Below are positions 16,563-25,445 of a stretch of 64,000 nt of DNA, in pieces. Origin of the DNA: Candidatus Aldehydirespiratoraceae bacterium. GTDB taxonomy: Bacteria; Actinomycetota; Acidimicrobiia; Acidimicrobiales; Aldehydirespiratoraceae. The position numbers and the translations under genes are program-made. The stretch spans positions 2,572,588 through 2,636,587 of the forward strand of contig OZ242337.1 of the NCBI GenBank assembly GCA_965208435.1. The letters run 5' to 3'. The notes below the pieces were generated by a model. That model was not told the DNA's origin and ran no database searches. It saw nothing but the letters and a program-made list of their open reading frames with translations. How positions within the stretch are numbered: position 1 is the first letter of the stretch; every line of letters begins with the position of its first letter.

Positions 16563-17672
16563 TCAGTTGAACTGATCGAGTCCTTCGATGATCCGCTGCT
16601 GTTGCGCGGAGTTGAAGCCGTTGAGAGGTTGGGTTCCTTCGGTCAGGTCGTGGCTGAGCAGGATCATCGAACTGTTCGTCCTGATTCCGTACTGGCGCCA
16701 GGTCGTGAACGACGGGTCCCAGACCATGGTCGGGGTCGTGACTCCGAGGCCGGTCACGAAATCGAGAGCCTGGTTGAAGTCGTCCTGGCCGCCCATGCCG
16801 ATGACCTGGATCTCGTTGATGTGTGTTCGAGCGAACTGCTCGACGTGCGGCGCCTCGCGCCGACAGGTCGGTCAATGAGGCGCCCAGAACCACAACAGCA
16901 CCGGACGGTCGCCGTCCACGGCGTCTGCCAGACTGGTGATCGACCCGTCGGCGACGTCGAGGACTTCGATGCGCCGCCGGTCGGTGTTTGGTTGCAACAA
17001 CGGGGCGTTGGCGGCCGCGGCGTCGAGGATCTCCTGTCGGGTCAGGGTCTTGGCCGTTGTGGTTGTCGGTGCGGCGGTGGTTGTCGTTGTGGCTGTTGTC
17101 GGACTGTCCGTGGTTGCCGGCGCGTCGGTGGTTGCTGACGTGTCGGTGATTGTCGGCGCGGCTGTTGTCGGCGCGGTTGTGGTTGTCGGCGCGGCTGTCG
17201 TTGCGGATGCCCCGGTGGTTGCCGGCGCGTCCGTGCCGGTTGCGTCTGTGTCTGAAGAGTCCGTGTCTGATGAGCCGGGGTCGGTTGCGTCTGTGTCCGT
17301 CTGCGGAATCGTGGTCGTGGACACTTCGGCTGTGCTGTCGGTGGTTGTCGGTGCGGTGGTCTCGGTCGGCGCGGGGTCGGATGGAAGGGTCGCTTCCGGG
17401 CTGTCGCCGTCGGCTGTCGTCGGTGCTGCGGTGTCCTGGACAGGTTCGCTCCCGCCCTCGCCTCGGCCTTCACCATTGCCCCCGTCCTGTGGTCCGGTCG
17501 TTGCGTATTCCGGGGTGAGGGGCGGGAGCGTGGTCGTCGCGAAACCGGCGTCTCCGGAACCGTCGGGCCCTGAAGAGTCGTCGCCGCCACAAGCCGCGGC
17601 AACGCTCGCGAACACAACGGTGATCGCTAGGGTGAACGCAGGGAGTCGGCGGATCTGCAAGACCTCAATCAT
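16563..17672 (-). CDS. TlpA/ResA-like thioredoxin-fold lipoprotein with in-frame UGA at the first CxxC position (candidate selenoprotein)
   Basis: ORFs 16872..17813 and 16563..16796 are in the same frame and contiguous, giving ...PVLLWFWAPH-[TGA 16872-16874]-PTCRREAPHVEQFARTHINEIQVIGMGGQDD.... The N-terminus has a lipobox (VAAAC) followed by a long T/A/P/D-rich linker. The start is taken at MIEVLQIRRLP. Confidence 0.7.
16841..16870 (-). promoter_or_regulatory. candidate bacterial SECIS hairpin
   Basis: In the mRNA, UGA is followed by C and then the hairpin CGAC-C-UGU-C-GGCGC-GAG-GCGCC-GCA-C-GUCG. That gives 12 bp with one C/C mismatch and one bulged C. The G-containing apical loop lies about 16-18 nt after the UGA. 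Confidence 0.45.
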
Positions 17673-17752
17673 AACCAAATCCGCTCCCCTGTCACCCGTG
17701 CCTAGTACGGTGTTGCGAACACCCGTTCGTTGACCGCCCACCCTCTGTATTC

Positions 17753-19816
17753 TTGGATTCCGACTTGGCCACAACCACCACAACCGCTTACGACGCTGAC
17801 GCGATCGAGACACTTGAAGGCTTGGAGGCCGTGCGTAAACGGCCGGGCATGTACATCGGCGGCACGGGCAGCGCGGGGCTCATGCACCTCGTGTGGGAAC
17901 TGATCGACAATGCCGTCGACGAGGCCGCTGCGGGCTTCGCGACCAAGGTCGACGTCACCCTGCACCGCGACAGGTCGGTGGAGGTCAGCGACAACGGCCG
18001 CGGCATCCCCATCGACCGCCACGCCAAGCGCAAGGTTTCAGCGGTCGAGGTCGTGTTCACGGAGCTGCACGCGGGGGGCAAGTTCGGTGGCGGCGCGTAT
18101 TCGTCGTCGGGCGGCCTTCACGGGGTGGGGGCGTCGGTCGTCAACGCCCTGGCCACCAGACTGGTCGTCGAGGTCGACCGTGACGGCGGCACCCATGTCC
18201 TCGGCTTCAAAGACCGTGTGGCGGGCCAGTTCAACGGTTCGAACAACTTCAAGGCCGGCCATCAACTCCAGAAGCTCAAGCGCGTCTCCAAGAACCGGAC
18301 GGGCACGCGGGTGCGTTTCTGGCCCGATTTCGAGATTTTCGACCCCGATGCCCGCGTCGACTTCGACAAGGTCTGCGATCGTGTGACGCAGGCGTGCTTC
18401 CTGGTGCCCGGGATGCGGGTCTCGGTCACCGACAGACGAGCGGGTGGCGCTGCCGAGCCGTTCGTGTTCGTCAGCAGGGGAGGTCTCGCCGACCTCGTCG
18501 ACCACCTTTCCGACTCTCCGCCGGTCAGCGCGGTCATCACGGGCAACGGCATCGACACCTTCGTTGAGAAGGTGCCGGTCAACAAGAAGATGACCGACGT
18601 CACCAGGGAGTGCACCGTCGACATCGCTCTGCGCTGGGTCGACGGCTACGACACGAAGGTGGTGTCGTTCGTCAACACCATCCCCACTTCCCAGGGCGGG
18701 ACCCACGTTGCTGGATTCGACAAGGCGCTCACCCGCGTGGTCAACAGTGTGCTGCTCAAGGACCACCACAAACTGGCCAAGCTCGCCAAGCAGAACAAGC
18801 ACAAGGCCGTCAAGGACGATGTGCAGGAGGGCCTTGTTGCGGCGCTGAAAGTGACCTTTGCGGAGCCCCAGTTCCGCGGGCAGACCAAACAGGAACTGGG
18901 CACTCCCGCAATCGACGGGATTGTCAGCCGGGTGGTGTATGAACAGCTCAAGGAGTGGTTCGAGCCCGGTGGCGGGCCCCGCAGCCATGTCAAGGCGATC
19001 GCCGACAAGCTGTCGAACGCGGTGCAGAACCGTGTGGCCTCCAAGACGCTGCTGGAGAACCAGCGCAAGGCTGCGAGCCTCGGTTCGACCGGAATGCCCC
19101 AGAAGCTCGCCGACTGCCGGGTCCACGGCATGGACTCGGAGCTGATCCTGGTGGAGGGGGACTCGGCGGCCGGCCCTGCCAAGCGGGGCCGCGACTCCGA
19201 GACGATGGCGATCCTGCCGCTGCGGGGCAAGGTGGTCAATGCCCACAAGGCGACCGAGAAGCAGGTGCTCGACAACGCCGAGGCGACCGCGTTGTTCACT
19301 GCGCTCGGCGCTGGGGCCGGCCGCAAGTTCAACATCGCAGACGCCCGCTACGGCCGCATTGTGATCCTGTGCGACGCCGATGTCGACGGCAGCCATATCC
19401 GGTGCCTGCTGCTGACGCTGATCTACAAGTACCTGCGGCCGATGCTCGAGGCGGGGCGGGTGTTCGCGGCCCAGCCACCGCTGTTCACGACCAAGGTCGG
19501 CGACGAGACCTACCGGGTCTACTCCGAGGAGGAGAAGGAGGCGGTGACCGACGAACTGTGCAGGGGAAACCGCCGCCGCGAGAACATCAAGTGGCAGCGT
19601 TTCAAGGGTCTCGGCGAGATGAACGTCGACGAGCTCCGTCATTGCGCCCTCGATCCCAACACCCGCACTCTGCGCCGGCTCACCATGGACGACGGCGCGC
19701 AGACCAAGCAGGCCCTGGAGATGTTCGAGGTGCTGATGGGCACCGACGTGTCGAGCAGGCGCGACTTCCTGATCCGCAACAGCGCACTGGTGGACAGCAC
19801 GATCCTCGACGTCTAG
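17753..19816 (+). CDS. parE: type IIA topoisomerase subunit B (ParE-like)
   Basis: 687 aa with the GHKL ATPase motif GLMHLVWELIDNAVDE and the TOPRIM motif ELILVEGDSAAG. Confidence 0.9.
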   Translation: MDSDLATTTTTAYDADAIETLEGLEAVRKRPGMYIGGTGSAGLMHLVWELIDNAVDEAAAGFATKVDVTLHRDRSVEVSDNGRGIPIDRHAKRKVSAVEVVFTELHAGGKFGGGAYSSSGGLHGVGASVVNALATRLVVEVDRDGGTHVLGFKDRVAGQFNGSNNFKAGHQLQKLKRVSKNRTGTRVRFWPDFEIFDPDARVDFDKVCDRVTQACFLVPGMRVSVTDRRAGGAAEPFVFVSRGGLADLVDHLSDSPPVSAVITGNGIDTFVEKVPVNKKMTDVTRECTVDIALRWVDGYDTKVVSFVNTIPTSQGGTHVAGFDKALTRVVNSVLLKDHHKLAKLAKQNKHKAVKDDVQEGLVAALKVTFAEPQFRGQTKQELGTPAIDGIVSRVVYEQLKEWFEPGGGPRSHVKAIADKLSNAVQNRVASKTLLENQRKAASLGSTGMPQKLADCRVHGMDSELILVEGDSAAGPAKRGRDSETMAILPLRGKVVNAHKATEKQVLDNAEATALFTALGAGAGRKFNIADARYGRIVILCDADVDGSHIRCLLLTLIYKYLRPMLEAGRVFAAQPPLFTTKVGDETYRVYSEEEKEAVTDELCRGNRRRENIKWQRFKGLGEMNVDELRHCALDPNTRTLRRLTMDDGAQTKQALEMFEVLMGTDVSSRRDFLIRNSALVDSTILDV

Positions 19817-19903
19817 GCCCTGTGGCGCCTGACCGGCCGGTTCATTCACAGAACTTGACGGTCTCACCTTGCGATGTCACACCCATGGTGTAGAACTACA
19901 TGA

Positions 19904-20809
19904 GTGGAACTCGACTCGGAACTCACCGGTACTGCGGATGCGGAAGTACCGGCATCTCCCGCCTCCGGCGCGGCTGTGCCGCCGTTGATCCCGGTGCCCC
20001 CGCCCCGCCTCTCCCCCTCGGGAGCGGGGACCTTCGTGCAGTGCCCCCGCCGGTGGAGGTTCCGCTACATCGACCGTCTCGCGGACCCTCCGGGCGAAGA
20101 CGCACTGGCCGGGAGCTTCGCGCACCGGGTCCTCGAACTGCTGCTGCAGCGCGAGCCCGCGCAGCGAACAGTCGAGGAGGCCCGGGCCATTGCCCGAACC
20201 GAGTGGCCCGAGACCGAGGCCATGGACGACTATCAGGCGTTGGAGCACGACGAGGAGCAGTCCCGCCACTTCCGCTGGAAGGCGTGGACGGCGATCGAGG
20301 GGTTGTGGCACCTCGAAGATCCCGCAACAGTCGAGGTACGGGCCACCGAACAGGACGTAGAAGCTGAACTGGCCGGAGTGCCGTTCCGGGGGATCGTCGA
20401 CCGGATCGAAACCGAGGGCGACGGGATCGTCGTCACCGACTACAAGTCAGGCAAGGTGCCCTCCCATCGCTACCGTCGGTCGCGGCTCGACCAGGTGTTG
20501 TTGTATGCCGCCGCGGTGGAGGCGTCCACCGGCGAGATGCCGGTGCGTGCCCGGCTGCTCTATCTCGGCCAGCGCACAGTAGGCATGGACGTCAACCAAG
20601 AGGAGATCGATGCCGTCACCGAGAAGCTCGCAGGCACCTGGTCTGAGATCCGAACGGCTTGTTCTGAAGACGAGTTCGAGCCGCGTCCGGGCCCGCTGTG
20701 CGGCTGGTGCCCCTATGTGTCGATGTGTCCGCAGGGTGCGGCCGAAGTCGCCTCCAGGGCTGACCGCAAAGCTGCTGAAGAAGCGGAACTAGTGGCTTTG
20801 GCCAGCTGA
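19904..20809 (+). CDS. PD-(D/E)XK nuclease family protein (RecB/Cas4-like, C-terminal Cys cluster)
   Basis: It has LSPSGAGTFVQCPRRWRFRYI, IVDRIE...VVTDYKSGK and a C-terminal CGWCPYVSMCP. Confidence 0.8.
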   Translation: MELDSELTGTADAEVPASPASGAAVPPLIPVPPPRLSPSGAGTFVQCPRRWRFRYIDRLADPPGEDALAGSFAHRVLELLLQREPAQRTVEEARAIARTEWPETEAMDDYQALEHDEEQSRHFRWKAWTAIEGLWHLEDPATVEVRATEQDVEAELAGVPFRGIVDRIETEGDGIVVTDYKSGKVPSHRYRRSRLDQVLLYAAAVEASTGEMPVRARLLYLGQRTVGMDVNQEEIDAVTEKLAGTWSEIRTACSEDEFEPRPGPLCGWCPYVSMCPQGAAEVASRADRKAAEEAELVALAS

Positions 20810-21190
20810 AACGAGCCGTAGCAGACTCGAATCACGCCTTATTCGTCGCTGTCCTGCCGAATCAGCGTTGCGGAACCAGCGTTTCCACAGGTAACGCAGC
20901 ACCAGCGCACCGACGAGAGTACACGCCGCACTCACCAGAGCGCTGTTGAGCAACAGCTTGTCGGGAGGCGGGTTGGCAGGTTCAGGCGTGACCGCGGGAG
21001 TTGGAGGCGGGTCGTGTGTGGCCTCGGAGGCCTCGTCGATGCTCTCAGCCACGCCGGGCGCTGAACGGTCCGAACTAGCGCCCTGGCCGCTCGACTCGGG
21101 GGTGCGCGTGAGCAGGAGCGCATCCACCGGGGCAGGCCCGGAGGCTGTTGGTTTCGGACGCTGACGTTTGGCTTGCGGGTCATACGCCAT
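20789..21190 (-). CDS. possible small proline-rich membrane protein downstream of parA-like gene
   Basis: The start MAYDPQAKRQ overlaps the parA-like stop by 11 nt, and there is a C-terminal hydrophobic helix (LLLNSALVSAACTLVGALVL). The low-complexity sequence keeps confidence low. Confidence 0.35.
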   Translation of the reverse strand: MAYDPQAKRQRPKPTASGPAPVDALLLTRTPESSGQGASSDRSAPGVAESIDEASEATHDPPPTPAVTPEPANPPPDKLLLNSALVSAACTLVGALVLRYLWKRWFRNADSAGQRRIRRDSSLLRLVSAGQSH

Positions 21191-22004
21191 TGGACACCTC
21201 GCGGTTGATGATGAGATCGAAGACAGTCTCGAACTCAGCGGCGGCTTCGGGGGCGCCGGCGCGGGACCCGAGGGCATGGATCGGCAGGGAGTTGGCAGCC
21301 GCTTCGGCCACCGCGGCACGGAGCCGCACCGCCGGCAGCACCATGGAGCCATGGTCGGTTCGGAGTTGTTCGTCCCAATAGCGGGCGTCCCTGGTGCGAC
21401 CCAGGCGGTTGACGACCACACCAGCCACAGTGAGCGGCTCGCTGCGGCGTGAGGAGATCCGCTTCACGGTCCGCAGGATCTGATCGACACCGTCCGATGC
21501 CCAAGCGCCCGGTTCGGTGACGATCAACGCTTGATCCGCCGCGAACAGCCCATTGATGGTGAGCAGGCCCAACGATGGGGGGCAGTCGATTATCACCAGG
21601 TCGTGATCAATGCCTTCGAGCGCCACCGAGAGACGATTGTTGGCTCCGATCGGGTCGGTCATCAGTTGCGGTTCACGGGCCGCGAGAGCCGGCGTGGCGG
21701 GAACGACCGACGGGGGACGACCGTTCCCCGAGGGCCAGCCCGAGGTTGCCCGCAGACTCGCGATCGAACCGGGCCGCTCCTCGGCCAGTGCGTGGTCGAC
21801 GCTGAAGGGAGGGTTCCACACCCCCAGACCAGTGGTGGCGTTGCCCTGCGGGTCGATGTCGATCACCAGACAGTCGAGTCGGCGGGCCCAAGCCGTGGCA
21901 GCCAGCCCCAATGCCACAGTGGTCTTGCCCACTCCACCCTTCTGGTTGACCAGCGTGAGGACCTGCACACTGACAAGGTAGTCAACAGATCCGCCAACGG
22001 CCAC
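21180..22004 (-). CDS. ParA/Soj/MinD-family ATPase (orphan)
   Basis: It carries the deviant Walker A VNQKGGVGKTT and the IDIDPQGN motif. Confidence 0.85.
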   Translation of the reverse strand: MAVGGSVDYLVSVQVLTLVNQKGGVGKTTVALGLAATAWARRLDCLVIDIDPQGNATTGLGVWNPPFSVDHALAEERPGSIASLRATSGWPSGNGRPPSVVPATPALAAREPQLMTDPIGANNRLSVALEGIDHDLVIIDCPPSLGLLTINGLFAADQALIVTEPGAWASDGVDQILRTVKRISSRRSEPLTVAGVVVNRLGRTRDARYWDEQLRTDHGSMVLPAVRLRAAVAEAAANSLPIHALGSRAGAPEAAAEFETVFDLIINREVSNGV

Positions 22005-22043
22005 GGCGGAGCCGAGTTGGCGCTCGCTGATGCCTGATTCTGG

Positions 22044-22355
22044 TCAGGCCGCGCGTCTGGCTCTGTTCGCTCCCCGAAGAATGTCGTCGAGAGCGTCGAC
22101 CAGGTCGGGACGGCCCTCGAACAGTTCGTCCACCAATGGTCCGCTCCAAGGGACACACAAGTGTGTCGGTTCCAGACCGGCCTTGGTCCACGACTCGGCG
22201 ATACGGCGGATCGCGCCGTCCACCTGAGGATCGGCGGCCGTGACTGAAGCGACAGCCAGTTCCTCGACGTTCCACTCGTCGTCTTGCACAAGTGGGGCGT
22301 GGACCAGTTTCAGGCGATAGCGCAGCGCTTCGGCAGCGATCATTGCGTGATTCAC
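22044..22355 (-). CDS. hypothetical protein upstream of the parA-like gene
   Basis: 103-aa ORF on the same strand, 40 nt upstream of the parA-like gene. I recognise no family. Confidence 0.4.
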   Translation of the reverse strand: MNHAMIAAEALRYRLKLVHAPLVQDDEWNVEELAVASVTAADPQVDGAIRRIAESWTKAGLEPTHLCVPWSGPLVDELFEGRPDLVDALDDILRGANRARRAA

Positions 22356-22478
22356 CGGTGGTGCCCTCCAACGGATCGGATCTGTGGATAACCAACAGAA
22401 TCTGTGGACAGATACGCGAAAGAATAAAACACACGCGGAGAACTCTGGTGGATACCTTTCCCGATGCCCGTGTTGTGC

Positions 22479-23483
22479 TCACCTCTGGAGCGTGCAGCAG
22501 CCGGGCGCACAGTCGTAGGGTCGTGCGGGCAGTGCGCTCAGGGCCCGTCGACTCGAGAGGCCCAACCGCTCCTCGACCAGCTCGCGGGCCATGGCGATGA
22601 AGTCGGGGTCGGGGGCTGTTCCCGGAGTGGTCGCACGTTCAATCCGGATCCCGAGTTCCTCGGCGGTCGCAGCGGCTTCGTGGTCCAGGTCCCACACCAC
22701 TTCCATATGGTCCGAGACGAAACCGATCGGGACCACCACCGCCGCGCGGATCCCCTGAGCCCCGAGCCGGCGGAGGTGATCGTTGACATCGGGTTCGAGC
22801 CACGGCACCGACGCAGGCCCCGAGCGGCTCTGCCAGACCAGATGGCGGACGCTCTCGGGTGAGGCGGCCGCAGCCACAAGGTCCATGGTCGCCCGCAACT
22901 GGGCTTCGTAGTCACACGTTTCGGCCATCGCCACCGGGATGGAATGAGCAGTGAACACCAATGGGGGAGGATCGGTTGAGGCGAGGCGGTCGAGCGCCTG
23001 TCGGGTTGAGTCGATGAACGGTTGCACGAACCCGGGATGGTCGAAGTAGGGCCTGATCTTGTCGATCCGCACAGCGTCGGCCCCTGCTGCCGCTCTGGCG
23101 CGGTCGATGTCCTCGAGGTACTGCCGACAGCTTGAGTATGAACTGTACGCGGACGTCACCAGAGCGACTGCATGGCGGACCCCGTCGCCGGCCATCTGCG
23201 CGATCGTCTCTTCAAGCAGAGGGTGCCAGTTGCGGTTTCCCCAATAGACGGGCAATGAATGGCCGGCCGAGTCGAGTTCGGACTGAAGTGCCCGACGAAT
23301 CGCTCGGCACTGCTCGTTGATCGGGCTGACCCCGCCGAAGTGCTGATAGTGGGCGCCCACCTCGGCAAGGCGCTCGGGTGGGATCTTGCGGCCGGCGGTG
23401 ACCCGCTCAAGGAACGGCAAGACGTCTTCGGGCCCTTCCGGACCTCCAAAGCCAACCAGCAGCACGGCGTCGATATCAGACAC
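22479..23483 (-). CDS. hemH: ferrochelatase (actinobacterial coproporphyrin ferrochelatase type with C-terminal Cys cluster)
   Basis: It has VLLVGFGGPEGPEDVLPFLERV, the HFGGVSPINEQ motif and a C-terminal CAPGCC. Confidence 0.9.
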   Translation of the reverse strand: MSDIDAVLLVGFGGPEGPEDVLPFLERVTAGRKIPPERLAEVGAHYQHFGGVSPINEQCRAIRRALQSELDSAGHSLPVYWGNRNWHPLLEETIAQMAGDGVRHAVALVTSAYSSYSSCRQYLEDIDRARAAAGADAVRIDKIRPYFDHPGFVQPFIDSTRQALDRLASTDPPPLVFTAHSIPVAMAETCDYEAQLRATMDLVAAAASPESVRHLVWQSRSGPASVPWLEPDVNDHLRRLGAQGIRAAVVVPIGFVSDHMEVVWDLDHEAAATAEELGIRIERATTPGTAPDPDFIAMARELVEERLGLSSRRALSALPARPYDCAPGCCTLQR

Positions 23484-23525
23484 AAAGCGAGGCTACCTTT
23501 GGCGAAGCGCCGGTAGCGTCGGCGG

Positions 23526-23920
23526 ATGGCCGCAATTCAGGTGGAAGGGCTGGTTCGCTGTTTCGGTGAATTGCGAGCCGTCAACGGTATCGATCTCGAA
23601 GTCTCCGAAGGAGAGATCTACGGGTTCCTGGGCCCCAACGGCGCCGGCAAGTCGACCCTGGTGCGGATGCTGTGCACTCTGCTGCTCCCCACCAGCGGTC
23701 GCGCCCGGGTAGCCGGCTTCGATGTGGTCTCCCAAGCCGCTCAGCTGCGGTTCTCGATCGGTGCGGCCCTTCAGGAAGCGGCCCTCGACGACCGCATGAC
23801 CGGTCTTGAGATCCTCCAGACTCAGGGCCGCCTGTTCGGGTTGCGCTCCAGCGAAATCAGCCGGCGGATCGACGAACTCGCGAGGTCACAGGCCATCGCA
23901 TGGAAGGAGTCGATCCATGA
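23526..23920 (+). pseudogene. ABC transporter ATP-binding protein with internal deletion (no signature motif or Walker B)
   Basis: The Walker A GPNGAGKST and Q-loop region are intact up to about RRIDELA. The frame then runs into junk. A short original C-terminus (..TGHRMEGVDP*) survives in another frame, ending at the TGA that overlaps the permease ATG. Confidence 0.65.
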
Positions 23921-24720
23921 CCACGACAACCACACCGCACCATCACATCGCGGCGCGGCCGACCGGATTCTTCAGAGACGTCGGCAGCATCGCCATCCGG
24001 TCGGTGCGACAGCTGCCCCGTGATCTCGAAGCGGTGATCCCAGCGCTTCTGATCCCGTTGTTCTTTCTGGTCATCAACGTCGGTTCGCTGCAGGACGTTG
24101 CCAACTTCACCTCCATCGAGATCGACTACAAGGCGTTCCAGTTGCCCGTAGCCATCATCTTCGCGGTGACAGGAGTGTCGCGTGCGCCTGCCCTTGTGCT
24201 CGATATCCAGAACGGATACTTCGACCGCCTGATGCTCACACCGGTGTCACGCAGGGCGCTGCTGATAGGGCATATCGTCGCCGACTTCGTGCTGGTCGTG
24301 ATGCTCGTGATCCCGGTGCTGGTGTTCGGCTTCATCATCGGTGTCCGGTTCCCGACCGGGCCGTTGGGAGTCCTCGCATTCATTGTGATGGGCGCCCTGT
24401 GGGGGGTCGCCTACACCGGCCTGCCCTACGCCATCGCCCTGCGCACGGGCAACCCGGGAGCGGTCAACTCCTCGTTCCTGCTGTTCTTCCCGTTCGCATT
24501 CATCACCTCATCGTTCGTCCCGATCGACGCGATGACCGGATGGCTCGGTGAGGCTGCCAGGTACAACCCGGTGACCTACCTGTTGGAGGGCCTGCGATCG
24601 CTCTTCCTCGAGTGGAACGGCCGGTCACTGTTGGAGGCCGTGCTGGCAATCGCGGGCGTGGCGTTCATCAGCCAGACGTTGGCGTTCCGCGCTCTGAAAC
24701 ACCGAGTCGCCCGCGGCTGA
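23917..24720 (+). CDS. ABC-2 type transporter permease
   Basis: The start at MTTTTTPHHH is preceded by GGAAGGAG. The protein has six hydrophobic segments, typical of DrrB/ABC-2 architecture. Confidence 0.8.
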   Translation: MTTTTTPHHHIAARPTGFFRDVGSIAIRSVRQLPRDLEAVIPALLIPLFFLVINVGSLQDVANFTSIEIDYKAFQLPVAIIFAVTGVSRAPALVLDIQNGYFDRLMLTPVSRRALLIGHIVADFVLVVMLVIPVLVFGFIIGVRFPTGPLGVLAFIVMGALWGVAYTGLPYAIALRTGNPGAVNSSFLLFFPFAFITSSFVPIDAMTGWLGEAARYNPVTYLLEGLRSLFLEWNGRSLLEAVLAIAGVAFISQTLAFRALKHRVARG

Positions 24721-24803
24721 GCGGGGTCTTTATCCGCCTCGCTCGCTGGGCGGCCGGCACCGCACGGCTCTGATCCATACCGCGTCCCGGTACCCTGAGC
24801 AGC

Positions 24804-25445
24804 ATGACGGAAACGGAACTTGCGACCGCTGAAACCGACCAGGGCGAGGTCCTGATCGTCACCGACGCTGCGCGCGCCACGGTGCTCGACATCCGTTCCA
24901 ACGAAGATGATGCGGAATCACTGGGACTTCGAGTGGAGGTGACCGGCGCCAGCGGCGTCGACTACACCTACGACCTGTCGCTCGAACCGGTTGCCGAGAA
25001 GGCACAGGACGACCACACCCATACCAAGGACGGGCTCACGGTGGTCGTCCCGGCGCTCAGCGTCACAGCGCTGATGGGTGCCACACTCGACCTTCCGACG
25101 AACGCCGGCCAGGGCGGCCTGGTGATCCGCAACCCGAATCGGCCGAACCCGCTCGGCGACCTCGGTCAACTTGAGTTGGTCGGCGACTCGGCGAACAAGG
25201 TCCGCACACTGCTGGCCGAGCGGATCAACCCCGCCCTTGCCTCGCACGGTGGTTACGCCGAGTTGGTGGGTGTGGAGGGTGACCGGGCCTTCGTGGCCAT
25301 GGGAGGTGGTTGCCAGGGGTGCGCCATGAGCGCTGCCACCCTGCGCGAGGGGATCTCCAAGGCAATCCTCGAAGCAATCCCAGAAATCACTGAAGTCGTC
25401 GACACCACCGACCACGACCAGGGCGAGAACCCCTACTACACGTAG
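24804..25445 (+). CDS. NfuA-like Fe-S biogenesis protein (degenerate IscA/HesB domain plus Nfu domain)
   Basis: It has an N-terminal HesB-like fold sequence and a C-terminal Nfu CxxC (GGGCQGCAMS). Confidence 0.75.
   Translation: MTETELATAETDQGEVLIVTDAARATVLDIRSNEDDAESLGLRVEVTGASGVDYTYDLSLEPVAEKAQDDHTHTKDGLTVVVPALSVTALMGATLDLPTNAGQGGLVIRNPNRPNPLGDLGQLELVGDSANKVRTLLAERINPALASHGGYAELVGVEGDRAFVAMGGGCQGCAMSAATLREGISKAILEAIPEITEVVDTTDHDQGENPYYT

Noticed and set aside
22376-22456. DnaA-box-like motifs considered as the chromosomal origin.
   Set aside because: There are only two or three boxes, no AT-rich unwinding element, and no dnaA/dnaN context. They are kept as a possible regulatory site only.
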